This document shows positions 47,151 through 58,351 of a stretch of 64,000 nt of DNA, piece by piece. The position numbers and the translations under genes were made by a program. The stretch comes from a virus. Lineage: Duplodnaviria; Caudoviricetes. A model generated the notes under the pieces. The model saw only the letters and a list, made by a program, of their open reading frames with translations. It ran no database searches and had not been told where the DNA came from. The stretch covers positions 11,874 through 75,873 of the IMG/VR virus record IMGVR_UViG_2974664081_000001; one strand, written 5' to 3'. The first letter of the stretch is position 1. Each line of letters begins with the position of its first letter.

Positions 47151-48380
47151 TTAGACTGGTGCAACGGTCTTGATGATGGCCAGACGTTCAGCACGTTTGA
47201 TCAGGATACCGTAGTACCACTTGATCGAGCTGAAGCCGGTTTCACCGTATGGATCGTTACGGTCAGCAGTGGCGTTGCCCGGCATCTTGGTGATGATGGT
47301 GAACTTGACGGTCTTGCCATCGGTTTGGAAACCGATGGTGGAGAAGGCGTCGTCACCAACCACGAGGATCGGGAATACGTCATAACGCTCGGTGCCACCA
47401 ACGGTGGTCGAGTGGAAGCCGGGGTTGTCGGTCACAGCGGCACCAGCACCAGCCCAGTGCAGCATTTCTGGCACTTGAATGAAACGGATGGCGTCGATAG
47501 AGCCGATCTCGCCGTTCAGGATGGTGCCTGCGTCGGCGTAGTGCTGAACTTCGATGAAGGCCTTGTTACCGAACAGGTCGGTCATGGCTTTCAGTTGAGG
47601 AACGACAGCCGAACCAACGTAGGCAATACGGCCAGCCGGGATCACCTTGGTGTCGGTTTTCAGCGAACCGGTGATGATGCGGGTCTGACGCGGAGTGCGG
47701 TTGTCGGTCAGGATCTGGTCCAGACGCATCAGGTTCTTGTAGCTGACGATGGACGCCGGGATCTCTGGGTTACCACCACCAGCAGGGGTGACTTCACCGG
47801 TGATCTCGTCATCCGAGGTAGCAGCACCGGCGTACAGCACAGTACCGGCACCAGCCAGCAGGTCTTTTTGCAGAACAGCTTCGGTCAGTTGAACAGCACC
47901 GTTGAGCAGTTCACGGGACAGATGGTCTTTCAGGCCATCGTCCGAGTCGAAGTCCAGCGACTCCTGGGTGAACTCGGTGAAGAAGCCGAACTTGTGCAGG
48001 GAACCTTCCAGCTCGACACGGGTGAAACCAACACGGTTCACACGGCCACCGTTCTCGGTCAGCACTGGCAGTTTGCCGACGATGGTGCCCACGTCACGGC
48101 TGGAACCATAGAGGTTACCGTTGGCGATGGTGACACCGTTGGCGTCGATGCCTTGGTCGTTGACGTTACGGTCATCCAGCAGTGGGATGTACTCGTAGAC
48201 CTTCACTGCCTTGCCGTAGTGTTTCGGCATGTTGATGGCGTTGGCCAGTGGCATGAAGAACTGTTCCTTACGACTTTCGATCAAGGCTTTCTTGATCCAG
48301 AAGAAGGTGTTCATCTGGTCAGAGTTGGCGCCGTCGATAGACGACTTCTGACCTTCTTTTGGAGCGTTGTAGTTCAGCAT
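47151..48380 (-). CDS. major capsid protein (N4 gp56 family)
   Basis: MLNYNAP start, [29 protein letters not shown]; strong codon bias. Confidence 0.95.
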   Translation of the reverse strand: MLNYNAPKEGQKSSIDGANSDQMNTFFWIKKALIESRKEQFFMPLANAINMPKHYGKAVKVYEYIPLLDDRNVNDQGIDANGVTIANGNLYGSSRDVGTIVGKLPVLTENGGRVNRVGFTRVELEGSLHKFGFFTEFTQESLDFDSDDGLKDHLSRELLNGAVQLTEAVLQKDLLAGAGTVLYAGAATSDDEITGEVTPAGGGNPEIPASIVSYKNLMRLDQILTDNRTPRQTRIITGSLKTDTKVIPAGRIAYVGSAVVPQLKAMTDLFGNKAFIEVQHYADAGTILNGEIGSIDAIRFIQVPEMLHWAGAGAAVTDNPGFHSTTVGGTERYDVFPILVVGDDAFSTIGFQTDGKTVKFTIITKMPGNATADRNDPYGETGFSSIKWYYGILIKRAERLAIIKTVAPV

Positions 48381-48392
48381 TGGCAATTACCC

Positions 48393-49598
48393 TTAGAGGC
48401 GACCATTCATGTACTTCAGGAAGTCCTCATCCTTCATGGCGAGAGGATTGACGATCTCCTGAGCTTTCTTGGGTGCTGCTTGAGTTGGACTCGCAGCAGC
48501 AGCCTTATCACTGTGAACAACTGGTGCCTTGGGTGCAGCAACACGAGTGTCCACTTGAACAGGCGGAGTTTGAGCAGGTGGCTGTTGTTTTTCAACAGCG
48601 GCATTCAACTTGCCGCCTTGAGCCAACTGATCCCCTACTTGCTTATAAGCTTGCAGGAAAGATACTGATTGCGGGATCTGCCCAAGAGCACGCTGACGAT
48701 CAACTTCAGCTGTGATGAGGTCATAGACGCCCAGTTCACGTTGCTGGTGCATGATCGAAAGGATTTCCGGGTTTTGCCCAAGCATCTCCTTACTGGCCTG
48801 ATCCCAAGTGGTGTGGATTGCTTGGAGGGTTTTTAGACCTTCTTCGCTACCCTGCAAATCGCGTAGGGTTTCGTTGAAGTTCACCTCTGCATCCGAGACT
48901 CGGTGATTGCCTTGCTGGTATGCCGGTTCCGTACTGATGTCCAGATCCAAAGGATCCAGACCGGAGTCTTTCAGCAACTTCTTGATGGCTTCCGGGTTCT
49001 TGTTCTTCAAGTCAATGAGGAACGAGAGTTGCCCTTCGTCCAGCAGTTCGTTGTTCTCCAACATCTGCAAGTATTTACGCTTTGGCGCAAGCTCCTGCAT
49101 CTTGCGGGTGTAATTCGCACCCATCTGAGCCAACTGGATCAGCTCTTCCGGGGAACGGATTTCAATGTTTTTGCCGTTGGCTCGGAGAGGGGCCATCAAG
49201 CGCTTGTACAGTTCCTCGTAATTCGGAGGAGTCTCCGCCTGTTCAGGCTGCTTCTCAGGCTGTTGGGTAACACCCTTGTCCTTGTCGGCAGCAGCTGGTT
49301 GCTGTTCTTTGCCCGACTGGGCATCGGTGACAGCAGCAGGTTGGGCAGGCTCTTCTTTATTAACAGGCTGTGCAGGTTGCTTGTTGGCTTTGTCCTCTTC
49401 GGACTCTTCGGTTACAGCTGGTTGCTGTTGTTGCACCTGCTCCGTTTGAGCCACTGGCTCTGGAGTAGGGGCAGGTTGTTGGCCCTCTTCAGTGGTAGCA
49501 GCCCCCTCAACCGAGGGGGCCTCCACGACTGGAGGTTCCATCTTCAGGAAGTCCTCATCGGACATTCCCAGAATTTCTTCACCAGTCTGAGCGCCCAT
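48393..49598 (-). CDS. N4 gp57-like protein (annotated tape measure; probably scaffold-like)
   Basis: LAQMGANYTRKMQ; low-complexity ends; lies between portal and capsid. Confidence 0.8.
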   Translation of the reverse strand: MGAQTGEEILGMSDEDFLKMEPPVVEAPSVEGAATTEEGQQPAPTPEPVAQTEQVQQQQPAVTEESEEDKANKQPAQPVNKEEPAQPAAVTDAQSGKEQQPAAADKDKGVTQQPEKQPEQAETPPNYEELYKRLMAPLRANGKNIEIRSPEELIQLAQMGANYTRKMQELAPKRKYLQMLENNELLDEGQLSFLIDLKNKNPEAIKKLLKDSGLDPLDLDISTEPAYQQGNHRVSDAEVNFNETLRDLQGSEEGLKTLQAIHTTWDQASKEMLGQNPEILSIMHQQRELGVYDLITAEVDRQRALGQIPQSVSFLQAYKQVGDQLAQGGKLNAAVEKQQPPAQTPPVQVDTRVAAPKAPVVHSDKAAAASPTQAAPKKAQEIVNPLAMKDEDFLKYMNGRL

Positions 49599-49945
49599 TA
49601 GTCATCAGCCTCCTGCGAGCGGATGTCGTCTTTCTCACGTTCGATGTCAGGGATCTGGGATTCAGCATGGTTGCCCATGGTGACCATCACCGACAGGAAA
49701 CGTTTCAGATGACCTGCGGCTTGGGCGATTGCCAGAGCATCAGCCCGGCTTGCAGGATCCAGTGCTGGATCAGCGGAACAATGAACGTAACGCGCACATT
49801 CATGAACCAAGAACTGCTCGTTGATCACCTTGATGAAGTCACGGTTCTTCTGGAGACGAAGAACAGCATCACGAAGGGAGACATGAACACGAGAGGCGTC
49901 CAGTTGGGCATCCAGAGCTTTCAGTTGGCGTTCGACTTCAGACAT
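49598..49945 (-). CDS. N4 gp58-like protein
   Basis: RLQKNRDF; synteny. Confidence 0.78.
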   Translation of the reverse strand: MSEVERQLKALDAQLDASRVHVSLRDAVLRLQKNRDFIKVINEQFLVHECARYVHCSADPALDPASRADALAIAQAAGHLKRFLSVMVTMGNHAESQIPDIEREKDDIRSQEADD

Positions 49946-49959
49946 AGCTGATTGGTCCT

Positions 49960-52248
49960 TTACAGATTGTTTGCAGGATTGAGAGCCGGATCTTGGCTCG
50001 GATTAAACTGTTGCGACCGAAGATTCAGTGCAGGATCTCCAGCGGCATCAATATCTCGCTGAATCATACTAGCACCACCAAGTCCCGGTCCAGCTTCATT
50101 CATCTTATCACTAACTTGGTTGAAGCCTACAGCAGCAGCAATGTCTGGAGCTTTCTCACCTTCCTTGGTTGGAGTAGTGAGTGCTTTGGTGACTTGAAGG
50201 TTCTGGTTACCTTGAGACTGAGCTTTTTGTTTCTCCATCTCACGGGCATGTTTGGTCCCAGACTCTTGCTCAACGTAGTCAAGGTTCTTGAGATCCTTGG
50301 ATGCACGAGCTTCTTCTGCTTTGGCTTGGTTCAGCTCTACTTCAGATTGCAGCTTTTGGTTTTCCAGCTCAGCTTTCTGAATGGCCAGCTCTTGCAGACG
50401 TTGCTGTTCAGGGGTTGGCTGTGGACGGAACTTGCGGATCTTCTCAGCGAGTTCAGGCATACGCTTGAGATCAGCGATCTCAGCCAGAATCAACATGGCC
50501 ATGCCAGGATCCGAATTTGGACCCAAGGTCTGAAGCATGAAGGCCAGATCCTGAGACTTGGCATTATCCACTTCAGCAGTCGAGATATCGGTAATCAGGT
50601 CAAAATTACCGACCAGATCTTCTCGACGAACCGTGACAAATTCTTGGTTGGTGACGCGGATGACTTCCTCTTCAGACAGGAAGACAGCGTTCATCGAGAT
50701 GATCTTCTCACCGACATCGCACATGCCTTTGGCCAGACGACGAAGGATTGCCATCTCACGCTTGGAAGCGGCGTCCAGCACACCACGGATACCAGCGGCT
50801 ACATCACCATAAGCTTCACCACTCAAGCCACCCGAGAACGACTTCACCCCAGTGAGAGATTCAGCTTCTTGGTTGTGCAGGTTCAGCATCATCAGTGCTG
50901 ATTGAGGAATCTCTGGGTACTTATGCTGAATGATGCCTACAGCTGGGTTTTGGTTTGGGTTGTACTCATAGTCCTGCCCGTTGTCATATCGACGTCGGTT
51001 CAGGGCATCCAGCATGCCTTTAGGCATACCTTCTTGGGAGTTGGCCGAGCGGCCCATCAGGTCCAGCATGCCACGGGTCAGAGCACCCAGAATTTTCTGG
51101 GAATCTTCCAGCAACTCAGCATCGGTTTCCCCGTACAGGTCACGCTTGACCGGCAGGTACGGGATTACCACGAATGGCAGCTTACCGTCTGGAAAGGGGT
51201 TTTCTTCCAGACGGATCATCACATCTCCGATCCAAGTACACACAATCGGCGTCAGCTTGCCGTCACCAGTGATGTCTTGGAAACCCCAATACTCATAGGC
51301 CACAACCTTCTTGCGAAGGCCATCGGCAAAGTTGAAGTCGTTGGGGGTAGTGGTCAGATGATCAGGCTCACCCAGTGGGGTGGCACCTTCCCAGTTGACG
51401 AACTCAAGGTTCTTGTAGCGTTTTGGTTCCTTAAGCAGATCAGCTTTGCTGGTCTCGAAGGACACCACTGCGAACATGGCCTTGTTGATATCGCCACAGC
51501 AGGAAGGATCGATTACCACGTTGTTGGGATTCATCACCTCCACCAACGGACGGTTCTCCAGCACCTTTTCGGTGGGAACCATTTGGGTTCCGGTCTGCTG
51601 GGCGAAGACTGCCTGGCCGGTCTCCTTATAGTAGGTGACTGCCTGCTTGATCTCTTCAGGCGTGTTCTCGTCGAAGTGACGACGATCAGCCTCAAAAGCT
51701 TCCAGTGCTTGCTGCAACTGATCCAGCTGTTCTTGGGTCTGGATCTGGTAGAAACTGAAGACTGGAGCTTCGACATTCACCATGGTGGTAATGCGCTTCC
51801 AGCCTACTCGAAGGACCGAAGTACCTTCGTCCACGGTAGCCCGGACCATATCGTCAATCAGCTTGACCCGGTTCATCTTGGTTCGGAACTGCCAGTTCAG
51901 AACCAGATCATTCTGCCGGGCAGCTTCTGTGTCTTCGAAGGTGACTGGACCAACCTTGAACAACTTGTTGGAACCAAGGAAAGGCTCTGTCAGGGCGGAG
52001 TAACGCCATTCAGCTTGACGACGAATCAGCTTAGGCTGAACAGAAGATCGACCTTTTACCACAGGCGGTTTGGCTTTGCCTTTCACCTGCAAGAGGTCAT
52101 TCCAGTGAGCGATGCGGCTCATCTGGGCTTGGTGGGAATGCCGACCAGATTCCAGATCCTGCTTAAGATTGCGCAGCTCTGGCTCTTTGACCCAATCAGT
52201 CAGGCGGCTCTGACTGATGTCAGCAGGTTGCGGTGCGTTATCTTCCAT
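49960..52248 (-). CDS. portal protein (N4 gp59-like)
   Basis: [40 protein letters not shown]. Confidence 0.93.
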   Translation of the reverse strand: MEDNAPQPADISQSRLTDWVKEPELRNLKQDLESGRHSHQAQMSRIAHWNDLLQVKGKAKPPVVKGRSSVQPKLIRRQAEWRYSALTEPFLGSNKLFKVGPVTFEDTEAARQNDLVLNWQFRTKMNRVKLIDDMVRATVDEGTSVLRVGWKRITTMVNVEAPVFSFYQIQTQEQLDQLQQALEAFEADRRHFDENTPEEIKQAVTYYKETGQAVFAQQTGTQMVPTEKVLENRPLVEVMNPNNVVIDPSCCGDINKAMFAVVSFETSKADLLKEPKRYKNLEFVNWEGATPLGEPDHLTTTPNDFNFADGLRKKVVAYEYWGFQDITGDGKLTPIVCTWIGDVMIRLEENPFPDGKLPFVVIPYLPVKRDLYGETDAELLEDSQKILGALTRGMLDLMGRSANSQEGMPKGMLDALNRRRYDNGQDYEYNPNQNPAVGIIQHKYPEIPQSALMMLNLHNQEAESLTGVKSFSGGLSGEAYGDVAAGIRGVLDAASKREMAILRRLAKGMCDVGEKIISMNAVFLSEEEVIRVTNQEFVTVRREDLVGNFDLITDISTAEVDNAKSQDLAFMLQTLGPNSDPGMAMLILAEIADLKRMPELAEKIRKFRPQPTPEQQRLQELAIQKAELENQKLQSEVELNQAKAEEARASKDLKNLDYVEQESGTKHAREMEKQKAQSQGNQNLQVTKALTTPTKEGEKAPDIAAAVGFNQVSDKMNEAGPGLGGASMIQRDIDAAGDPALNLRSQQFNPSQDPALNPANNL

Positions 52249-52774
52249 TGGGTTCGCTCGATTCGGTCAATAGGGTACGGTCGTTCAGGACCATTTGTTT
52301 CAAAGCGGAGATGGTTCGGTCACGCTGTCTAACAGTTTCCCCGAACTCTCGTACCAGCTTTCGCCCCTCTTCAAGAGATCGGTCGAGTTGGGCTGCATGC
52401 TCTGCAAGAGCGTCCCGTTCAGCTTCGGAACCTCTGGCTTTACGTTGATATACGTCGGCTCTGAAGGTTGCGAGCTGCAAGCGCTGATCGTAATCAGTGC
52501 GATAGCCATCGAGAGTGGCTTGATGTTCAGCAGCGAATGTTTGCAGATCACGAGTCAACTCCTCGACCTTGGCTTGATGTTGGCTCTGCAAGACATTGTA
52601 CTTGCCCTGCAATTGGTTCATAGCTTTGTTGCGTTTCTCGGTGTCATCTGCCCATTGAGCCGAGACACGTCTGGAACCAATGACATCACCGTACTTATAG
52701 GTGACGCCATAGGAACCAATGAGCAAACAGGCAACGAGGAAGGCAATGACAAACCGCTCAACCATTCCCATCAT
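52238..52774 (-). CDS. i-spanin (Rz-like)
   Basis: N-terminal TM plus coiled coil, directly after endolysin. Confidence 0.8.
   Translation of the reverse strand: MMGMVERFVIAFLVACLLIGSYGVTYKYGDVIGSRRVSAQWADDTEKRNKAMNQLQGKYNVLQSQHQAKVEELTRDLQTFAAEHQATLDGYRTDYDQRLQLATFRADVYQRKARGSEAERDALAEHAAQLDRSLEEGRKLVREFGETVRQRDRTISALKQMVLNDRTLLTESSEPNGR
52300..52551 (-). CDS. o-spanin (Rz1-like lipoprotein) nested in the i-spanin gene
   Basis: GAGGAG RBS 7 nt before GTG; lipobox ISA-C followed by Pro-rich SSQPSEP. Confidence 0.7.
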   Translation of the reverse strand: MICKHSLLNIKPLSMAIALITISACSSQPSEPTYINVKPEVPKLNGTLLQSMQPNSTDLLKRGESWYESSGKLLDSVTEPSPL

Positions 52775-53367
52775 TGATCCTCCTTGCACTTGTTGAGGGG
52801 GACATTCCCGATACGGTGATCCATCCAGCCCACTGTGAACTCTTTCAGGTTGGTCAGGCTGCGATAGTGCTCGGCTTGTTGGGCGTCCATCATTTTGATG
52901 ACCAACTCACAAGCTTTCACCTTTCCCCGTACTCGTTGGAGATTGGCATAGGCACTGATACTGCCCGGACCGATCTTACCATCGACATTAATAGGAGGGT
53001 AATCCTTGCCTCCTCGGTTGTACGCATTGAGTGAGTTCTGGAACCAACGGGAAGAACGATCAATGCCAGCATTGACTCCAGCATCTACCACCTTTTGACC
53101 AACAGCTGGGGACAGGGTGATCACTTCACCGTAGCCCGGCTTGTTGATGTAGTTAGTAACGTAGATGTTGGTAGCTGTGTCCTTGGGTAGTTCTTTCATG
53201 GAGCCGGTGTAGCCAGCTTGTCTGGCTACTGCCACGGTAATCCCATGGTTGGTTTCCCCGCCGGGGTCTTTTGGGTTGTTGACATAGCCCCCCTCCATAG
53301 CAAAAACGGCAGCCACAATGGCTGCCACAGCGGAATGGGACCCGATACTCTTTTTACTAATCGCCAT
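52771..53367 (-). CDS. endolysin, GH108 N-acetylmuramidase (N4 gp61-like)
   Basis: EGGYVNNPKDPGGETNHGIT; VDGKIGP; GWMDHRI; weakly hydrophobic SAR-like N-terminus. Confidence 0.92.
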   Translation of the reverse strand: MAISKKSIGSHSAVAAIVAAVFAMEGGYVNNPKDPGGETNHGITVAVARQAGYTGSMKELPKDTATNIYVTNYINKPGYGEVITLSPAVGQKVVDAGVNAGIDRSSRWFQNSLNAYNRGGKDYPPINVDGKIGPGSISAYANLQRVRGKVKACELVIKMMDAQQAEHYRSLTNLKEFTVGWMDHRIGNVPLNKCKEDQ

Positions 53368-53596
53368 CGGTGGCCTCTTTCTTCTTGAACATGCGACCAA
53401 TGATGCTCAGGACAAATAGGACCATGGCAATCTTGGAGGCGTGAGGAAGGTTGTCACGGATATCTGGCGGCAAGGTTTGCCATGTCTGGTTCAGAAATTC
53501 GATAACCCCCATCGCCAGAACCCCAAGGAGGTTCCAGCGAATGGAGGCGAATTTCCAAGCCCGTTTCCATTCAGGGATGAGCTTGAGTTTCATCAT
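53357..53596 (-). CDS. putative holin (2 TM)
   Basis: LIPEWKRAWKFASIR plus two TM segments, basic C-terminus. Confidence 0.7.
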   Translation of the reverse strand: MMKLKLIPEWKRAWKFASIRWNLLGVLAMGVIEFLNQTWQTLPPDIRDNLPHASKIAMVLFVLSIIGRMFKKKEATDGD

Positions 53597-53925
53597 TTAG
53601 ATAACCAAGTGAAGATCGTCTCCCGCATGGTCACTGCTGCTGTCAGGATTGCTGAGCCAATAGCCCAAATCCATTTGCCAGCAATGCCAGCCCCTTGGAC
53701 CTTGTACTTGATGCTGACGAACTCATCGATGGTGGGTGAGGCTGCGGCAAGACTCTTTTCCACTTGATGAACTCGGTTGCTGAGTTCCAGTACGGACCGG
53801 TTGAGTTCTTCCAATTTCTCGTATTGTTGCTTCCTACCCTCACGAGCCAGCTCCAGTGCTTCCAGGGCTGTGACCAGCCTCTCTTCAAAGCGAGCCAGCC
53901 TTACTTCTGGGGTCTCTCCGCTCAT
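53593..53925 (-). CDS. lysis-cassette protein (coiled coil + C-terminal TM; holin/antiholin-like)
   Basis: N4 gp63-like architecture and position. Confidence 0.7.
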   Translation of the reverse strand: MSGETPEVRLARFEERLVTALEALELAREGRKQQYEKLEELNRSVLELSNRVHQVEKSLAAASPTIDEFVSIKYKVQGAGIAGKWIWAIGSAILTAAVTMRETIFTWLSK

Positions 53926-54007
53926 AAGACATTCCCGGTTGTGTTAAGTGTGTGCAGATTATTGCTTATCTTTGGGGCCTGTCCTAATGGCAAATTGCCT
54001 GATCCTC

Positions 54008-54035
54008 AAAAAAGCCCGGCAATAGGCCGGGCTTT
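54008..54035 (-). terminator. intrinsic terminator
   Basis: aaagcccggc-ctatt-gccgggctttttt on the minus strand. Confidence 0.85.
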
Positions 54036-54052
54036 GTAAGTTGAAGCTTGCC

Positions 54053-57000
54053 TTATGGCTTCAGCACTACAGTGCCACTCAATGCATCTGCCCGACGAAT
54101 GACACCATTATCGAGGTAATGCATCGAAGCAACCAGACCATCAGCCACTGCTGGGGTTTCCCAAGAATAACCACCTCGCCACTTATACGATTGCCCCTTG
54201 AGCAACTTGTAGTAGTTTGGCTCGGTTGGGTTACGTTGCAGGAACTTGTGGATTGCTGTGGTGTACTGCTTAGTAGAGGAGCCACCACCACCGATGATCG
54301 TGCCATAGCCGGGGTAGATCAAATCAGGCACAGCAGCGATACCGTAATCCCGATCAATCCAAGCGGACAGCTGACCATTGGCACTGGCACACACAGATGC
54401 CCACGCTTTCGGATACAGAGTTGGCGAACCAGCGTTTGCAGTGGAGTCCCAAGCAATTGGGGCATCATACTGACCTCCCATGTAGAACAGGGTGTCATTG
54501 GAGCCAGTAGTGGTCATCTGGCAGGCATAATCGATGTAAATCTCGATGTCCTCCAGTGCCATCACATGGGCGTGTACGTTACATACACCAGCCATCCAAT
54601 CCAATTGGATACTGCGAACCAAGGCATACCGTCCCAGATCGACAGTGTTGTTGGCCATGAATTTGTCCACTACTCGACCAGTGATCCGGTCAGCAGTACC
54701 CGAATCACCCGGATACAGACGAACGCCATCAGCTTCCAAAATGTAGCCGACGTTGATGGCAGTCTGCTGCCCTTTCACCAAGTGGTTACCCCCAGTGAAT
54801 TCCAGACCGGTATAGCCGTCACCGTTGTTGGTCACCTCGAAAATCATAGGAGGCAGCCAATCAGTGCCAAAGCTTTGCAGCACAGCACCATTACGCAAAA
54901 CTTTCGAGAAGTTCGGCAGATTGTTTGCGCCATTGGGTCCAAACTCATAACCCCGAGTCAGAGTACCGTCTTGCCAGTAAAGCTGGATGGCCCCAGTAGG
55001 AAGTACAGTGTAGGACACCTTGCTGCTGCTACCTTGGGCGGAACCGGAGCTAGCAGAGATGTACTTCGCTGGATCAATGATATGGGAGTAGCCTGCCTGC
55101 CAAGTGGCATTCATCGCAACCTGAGTACCGTAGGCAGGAAGCTTGTCTGGGTCGATGGTTACCCGGACACGAACATCACTGCCGGTGACCAGCAGGATGG
55201 TTTGAACACCCAAGGTGCGATCAATGGTCGGCTGAGTGGTTTGCAGACTGGCAATCGAGTTGGAGGTGGTAATGGTGGAATCGTTGTAACCGGCGATATC
55301 CACTTCCTCGATGATCCAGTTGTCGGCAGCTGGCACCACCAGTGCGTTGCCGTTTTGGAAGTAACGCAAACCGTAGTATTTGCCCGGCTTAGCATTCAGC
55401 ACTTCCGCATCCAGAACCGCATTCAACTGGAAGGGGGCATTGGAAGACACGGCGTTATTCCGTTGAACGGCACGGAATGGAGCCAATTGCCCTTGGTTGA
55501 TGTTGATCGAGTTGACTCCGCCATCACCAGAAGATTCAGCAACCAGCTCATAGACTGAAGGATCAATGACCTGCGAGTAGCCCGGCCACAGAGGGCTATT
55601 CATGCTGTAGTTGGTGCCGTAAGCCTGCAACTTGGAGGTGTCGATGGTCAGCTGGATACGGACACTGGTAGTAGTATTCAGGGTTACAGTCTGGATACCC
55701 AGAGTACGATCCAAAGCAGGCTGCGCCAAAGCTAAACTAGCAATAGAGTTGGCACTGGTGATGGTCGAGGCGTCGTATCCTTGGATGTCCACCTCTTCAA
55801 TGATCCAGTTATCAGCAGCTGGTACAAGAGTGTCATTACCATTCTGGAAATACTTCAGACCATAGTATTTACCCGGTTTGGCATTGAGAACTTTGATGCC
55901 CAAGATAGCATTGAGCAGCAAAGTGTTGGTTGCAGAAACTACCCCACCACGAGTAACCGAACGGAAAGGTGCGATCTTACCTTGGTTAATGACAATGGAA
56001 TCGACGTACTCCCCATCACGCAGGGGTTCGTAGCAGGAAGGATCCACAATAAAGGAGTAGCCAGCATCTGTAGTAGCTGAAGCACGGACATGGGTCCCCA
56101 CTGCTGGAAGGGCACCCGTATCCAGAGAAATCAGCACTTGGATGCCTGGAACAGTCAAGCTGTTCAATACTACAGACTGAATGTTGCCATCCCGGTTAAT
56201 CACGGGGGTAGTGGCATCAGCTACCCCGATAATAGTGGTAGCTAGATTATTCGCTGTAGCGTAGTTGTTTTGATCGATTTCTTCGACAATCCAACCATCT
56301 AGCTTGGCCCCAGCAATCCCAGTATTACCGTTAGCAAAATAGGACACACGGTAGTATTTGCCAGCACGGGCACCACGAATTTTCACCGCAAGGATGATTT
56401 TGTTGAACAGCAACGACTCGCTACTGGTGATGTTGTTCCGAGTCATACGGCGCATTGGATACACACGACCACGATTCAACGTCAGGGTGTTACCAGCAGT
56501 GACGATTGGCACATGGCAGGAAGGATCAACAACCCACGACCAACCGGCAGTACCCGCAGTCAAAATAGAGACAGGAGTACCTACAGCAGGCATTGCCGAA
56601 GTATCCAGAGTAACCAGTAAGCGAACCAAGGGAGCACTGACTGGGGCGATGCTGATAGTGACAATGCCTTGGCCCGGAGATACCAACGGAGCTGGGTCAG
56701 ACAGAGCATTGATGATCGTAGCTGTACCAGCAGAGGTGAAGGTAGCCCGGTCAAATTGCTCAACCACAATGGCATAACCAGCTACACCACTGAGCAAGGC
56801 GCCGTTTTGGATGTAGGCCACTCGGAAGTATTTGTCCGAGATGTAGGTTTCATCCCCGATAACCTTCACACCCAGAATGATGTTATTCAGTGTGGTGTTG
56901 GCGTTAGAGGTAGTACCTCCACGGTTAAGCTGTTTGTAGGGGAAAGCCTTGCCTTTGTTTACGATCAGGGAGTCGATCTGTGCCGAAGGGTAACGCTTGA

Positions 57001-57622
57001 TTTCGTTGGCCGCTGCACCCACACGACGGTACAGGATCAGATACTCATAGGTATCCGAAGATGGAACGCTGAAATACGAACCATCAGCAGTAGCTGCCAG
57101 TCCAGTTGCAGTGTCTGGGTAGACCTTGGCAGAAGTTTGGGCTTGGTCAGCAGCAGCTTGGGCAGTACCAGCAGATACAGCAGCGAGGTTTGCAGAGTTG
57201 GCAGACAGACCAGCTTGGACAGTAGCCTCAGCCTGAGAAGCCTGAGCTTGATCTCGGGCATAGGTGGTGTCGTCGAGTAATTCTTGCCCTTGGATCAATT
57301 TTTGATCCAAGGAAGCCTCGGCATTGGTGACCTTTACGTCGAAAAGGTCATTCTGCTCTTGAGCATGAACATTTACTTGAGCAACAGCAACGGTTAACCG
57401 GGTATCAATCTCAGCTTGGAATACTGGCAGTTCAGCTTCCAAAGCGTTATCGACAGAGGTTTGAGCCAAGGTGGGAATCTCAAGCAGCACATCATCGAGG
57501 CGCTCAAGTTCCTCCATGTTGTCGGCTACTTTTTTAACCGTGTCATAGGCCGTGCCGAGGAACTTGTCTACCAGTCCCGGCTCGTTTCGTGGGAAATCCC
57601 CCACATTACGGATATTGCTCAT
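54053..57622 (-). CDS. tail fiber/receptor-binding protein with four internal ~163-aa repeats
   Basis: N4-type LVDKFLGTAYDTVK N-terminus, Ala-rich coil, repeated beta-rich domains. Confidence 0.82.
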   Translation of the reverse strand: MSNIRNVGDFPRNEPGLVDKFLGTAYDTVKKVADNMEELERLDDVLLEIPTLAQTSVDNALEAELPVFQAEIDTRLTVAVAQVNVHAQEQNDLFDVKVTNAEASLDQKLIQGQELLDDTTYARDQAQASQAEATVQAGLSANSANLAAVSAGTAQAAADQAQTSAKVYPDTATGLAATADGSYFSVPSSDTYEYLILYRRVGAAANEIKRYPSAQIDSLIVNKGKAFPYKQLNRGGTTSNANTTLNNIILGVKVIGDETYISDKYFRVAYIQNGALLSGVAGYAIVVEQFDRATFTSAGTATIINALSDPAPLVSPGQGIVTISIAPVSAPLVRLLVTLDTSAMPAVGTPVSILTAGTAGWSWVVDPSCHVPIVTAGNTLTLNRGRVYPMRRMTRNNITSSESLLFNKIILAVKIRGARAGKYYRVSYFANGNTGIAGAKLDGWIVEEIDQNNYATANNLATTIIGVADATTPVINRDGNIQSVVLNSLTVPGIQVLISLDTGALPAVGTHVRASATTDAGYSFIVDPSCYEPLRDGEYVDSIVINQGKIAPFRSVTRGGVVSATNTLLLNAILGIKVLNAKPGKYYGLKYFQNGNDTLVPAADNWIIEEVDIQGYDASTITSANSIASLALAQPALDRTLGIQTVTLNTTTSVRIQLTIDTSKLQAYGTNYSMNSPLWPGYSQVIDPSVYELVAESSGDGGVNSININQGQLAPFRAVQRNNAVSSNAPFQLNAVLDAEVLNAKPGKYYGLRYFQNGNALVVPAADNWIIEEVDIAGYNDSTITTSNSIASLQTTQPTIDRTLGVQTILLVTGSDVRVRVTIDPDKLPAYGTQVAMNATWQAGYSHIIDPAKYISASSGSAQGSSSKVSYTVLPTGAIQLYWQDGTLTRGYEFGPNGANNLPNFSKVLRNGAVLQSFGTDWLPPMIFEVTNNGDGYTGLEFTGGNHLVKGQQTAINVGYILEADGVRLYPGDSGTADRITGRVVDKFMANNTVDLGRYALVRSIQLDWMAGVCNVHAHVMALEDIEIYIDYACQMTTTGSNDTLFYMGGQYDAPIAWDSTANAGSPTLYPKAWASVCASANGQLSAWIDRDYGIAAVPDLIYPGYGTIIGGGGSSTKQYTTAIHKFLQRNPTEPNYYKLLKGQSYKWRGGYSWETPAVADGLVASMHYLDNGVIRRADALSGTVVLKP

Positions 57623-57634
57623 TTATGAATCCTC

Positions 57635-58348
57635 TTACGGGAAACCACGAAGCATCAATTTTACGTTGGTATCCACACCGGAATCACCAACAGAGTTGTC
57701 CAGTTTTAGTTCTGCAAAGCGTCCTTCGCAGAATGCTGTTAGAGCCTCGGCTCGGTTGTTCCCATCTTGCCCACCCATAGGGCTAAAGATGGCCAAAGCT
57801 ACCCGTGCTCGCAGCAGATCTTCCAATACTGGAGGAACCTGAATCTCTTGATTGAGGTGCTCATTGTTCCCCTCGACAGCATACGCCAGCTCAGGATGCA
57901 AAGCCTGATACGTCACAAAGAAGGCTTGGTCATAGCCCACATGGTTCAGCTGCAATGTGTCGTAAGCTGGCGTGAAGACAGAAGCCCATTGATTCCCATC
58001 GTTCATAGGCAGTGCATTGCCGATCTCATTGGCCACACCCAGGATTTTCACAATGTCACCCGTGAAGGGTTGGTATGGACTATCAATGATGTACTTCAGC
58101 CCCTCAGTGGGGTCAGAAAGAGCGAACTCTTTCTTGAGGGGGTACAGGTTCTTCCACTCCAGTGACTGAACCACAAGATCCTTGGTCAACAGGGGGCAGC
58201 GAGTGGAGATGTCCTTCAAGGCGGTATTCACTGCCTCGATGACTTTGTTGTGGTGTTCCAGGGGGATGGTACCACTACCTTCACCCCCCAGTTTCAGATT
58301 GCTCAGTTCCCCATAGGACAGCTTCCGAAACAGGTCTTCAAGTTGCAT
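57635..58348 (-). CDS. head-tail adaptor/tail protein (N4 gp67-like)
   Basis: LSYGELSNL start, RGFP end; synteny. Confidence 0.8.
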   Translation of the reverse strand: MQLEDLFRKLSYGELSNLKLGGEGSGTIPLEHHNKVIEAVNTALKDISTRCPLLTKDLVVQSLEWKNLYPLKKEFALSDPTEGLKYIIDSPYQPFTGDIVKILGVANEIGNALPMNDGNQWASVFTPAYDTLQLNHVGYDQAFFVTYQALHPELAYAVEGNNEHLNQEIQVPPVLEDLLRARVALAIFSPMGGQDGNNRAEALTAFCEGRFAELKLDNSVGDSGVDTNVKLMLRGFP

Positions 58349-58351
58349 AGG

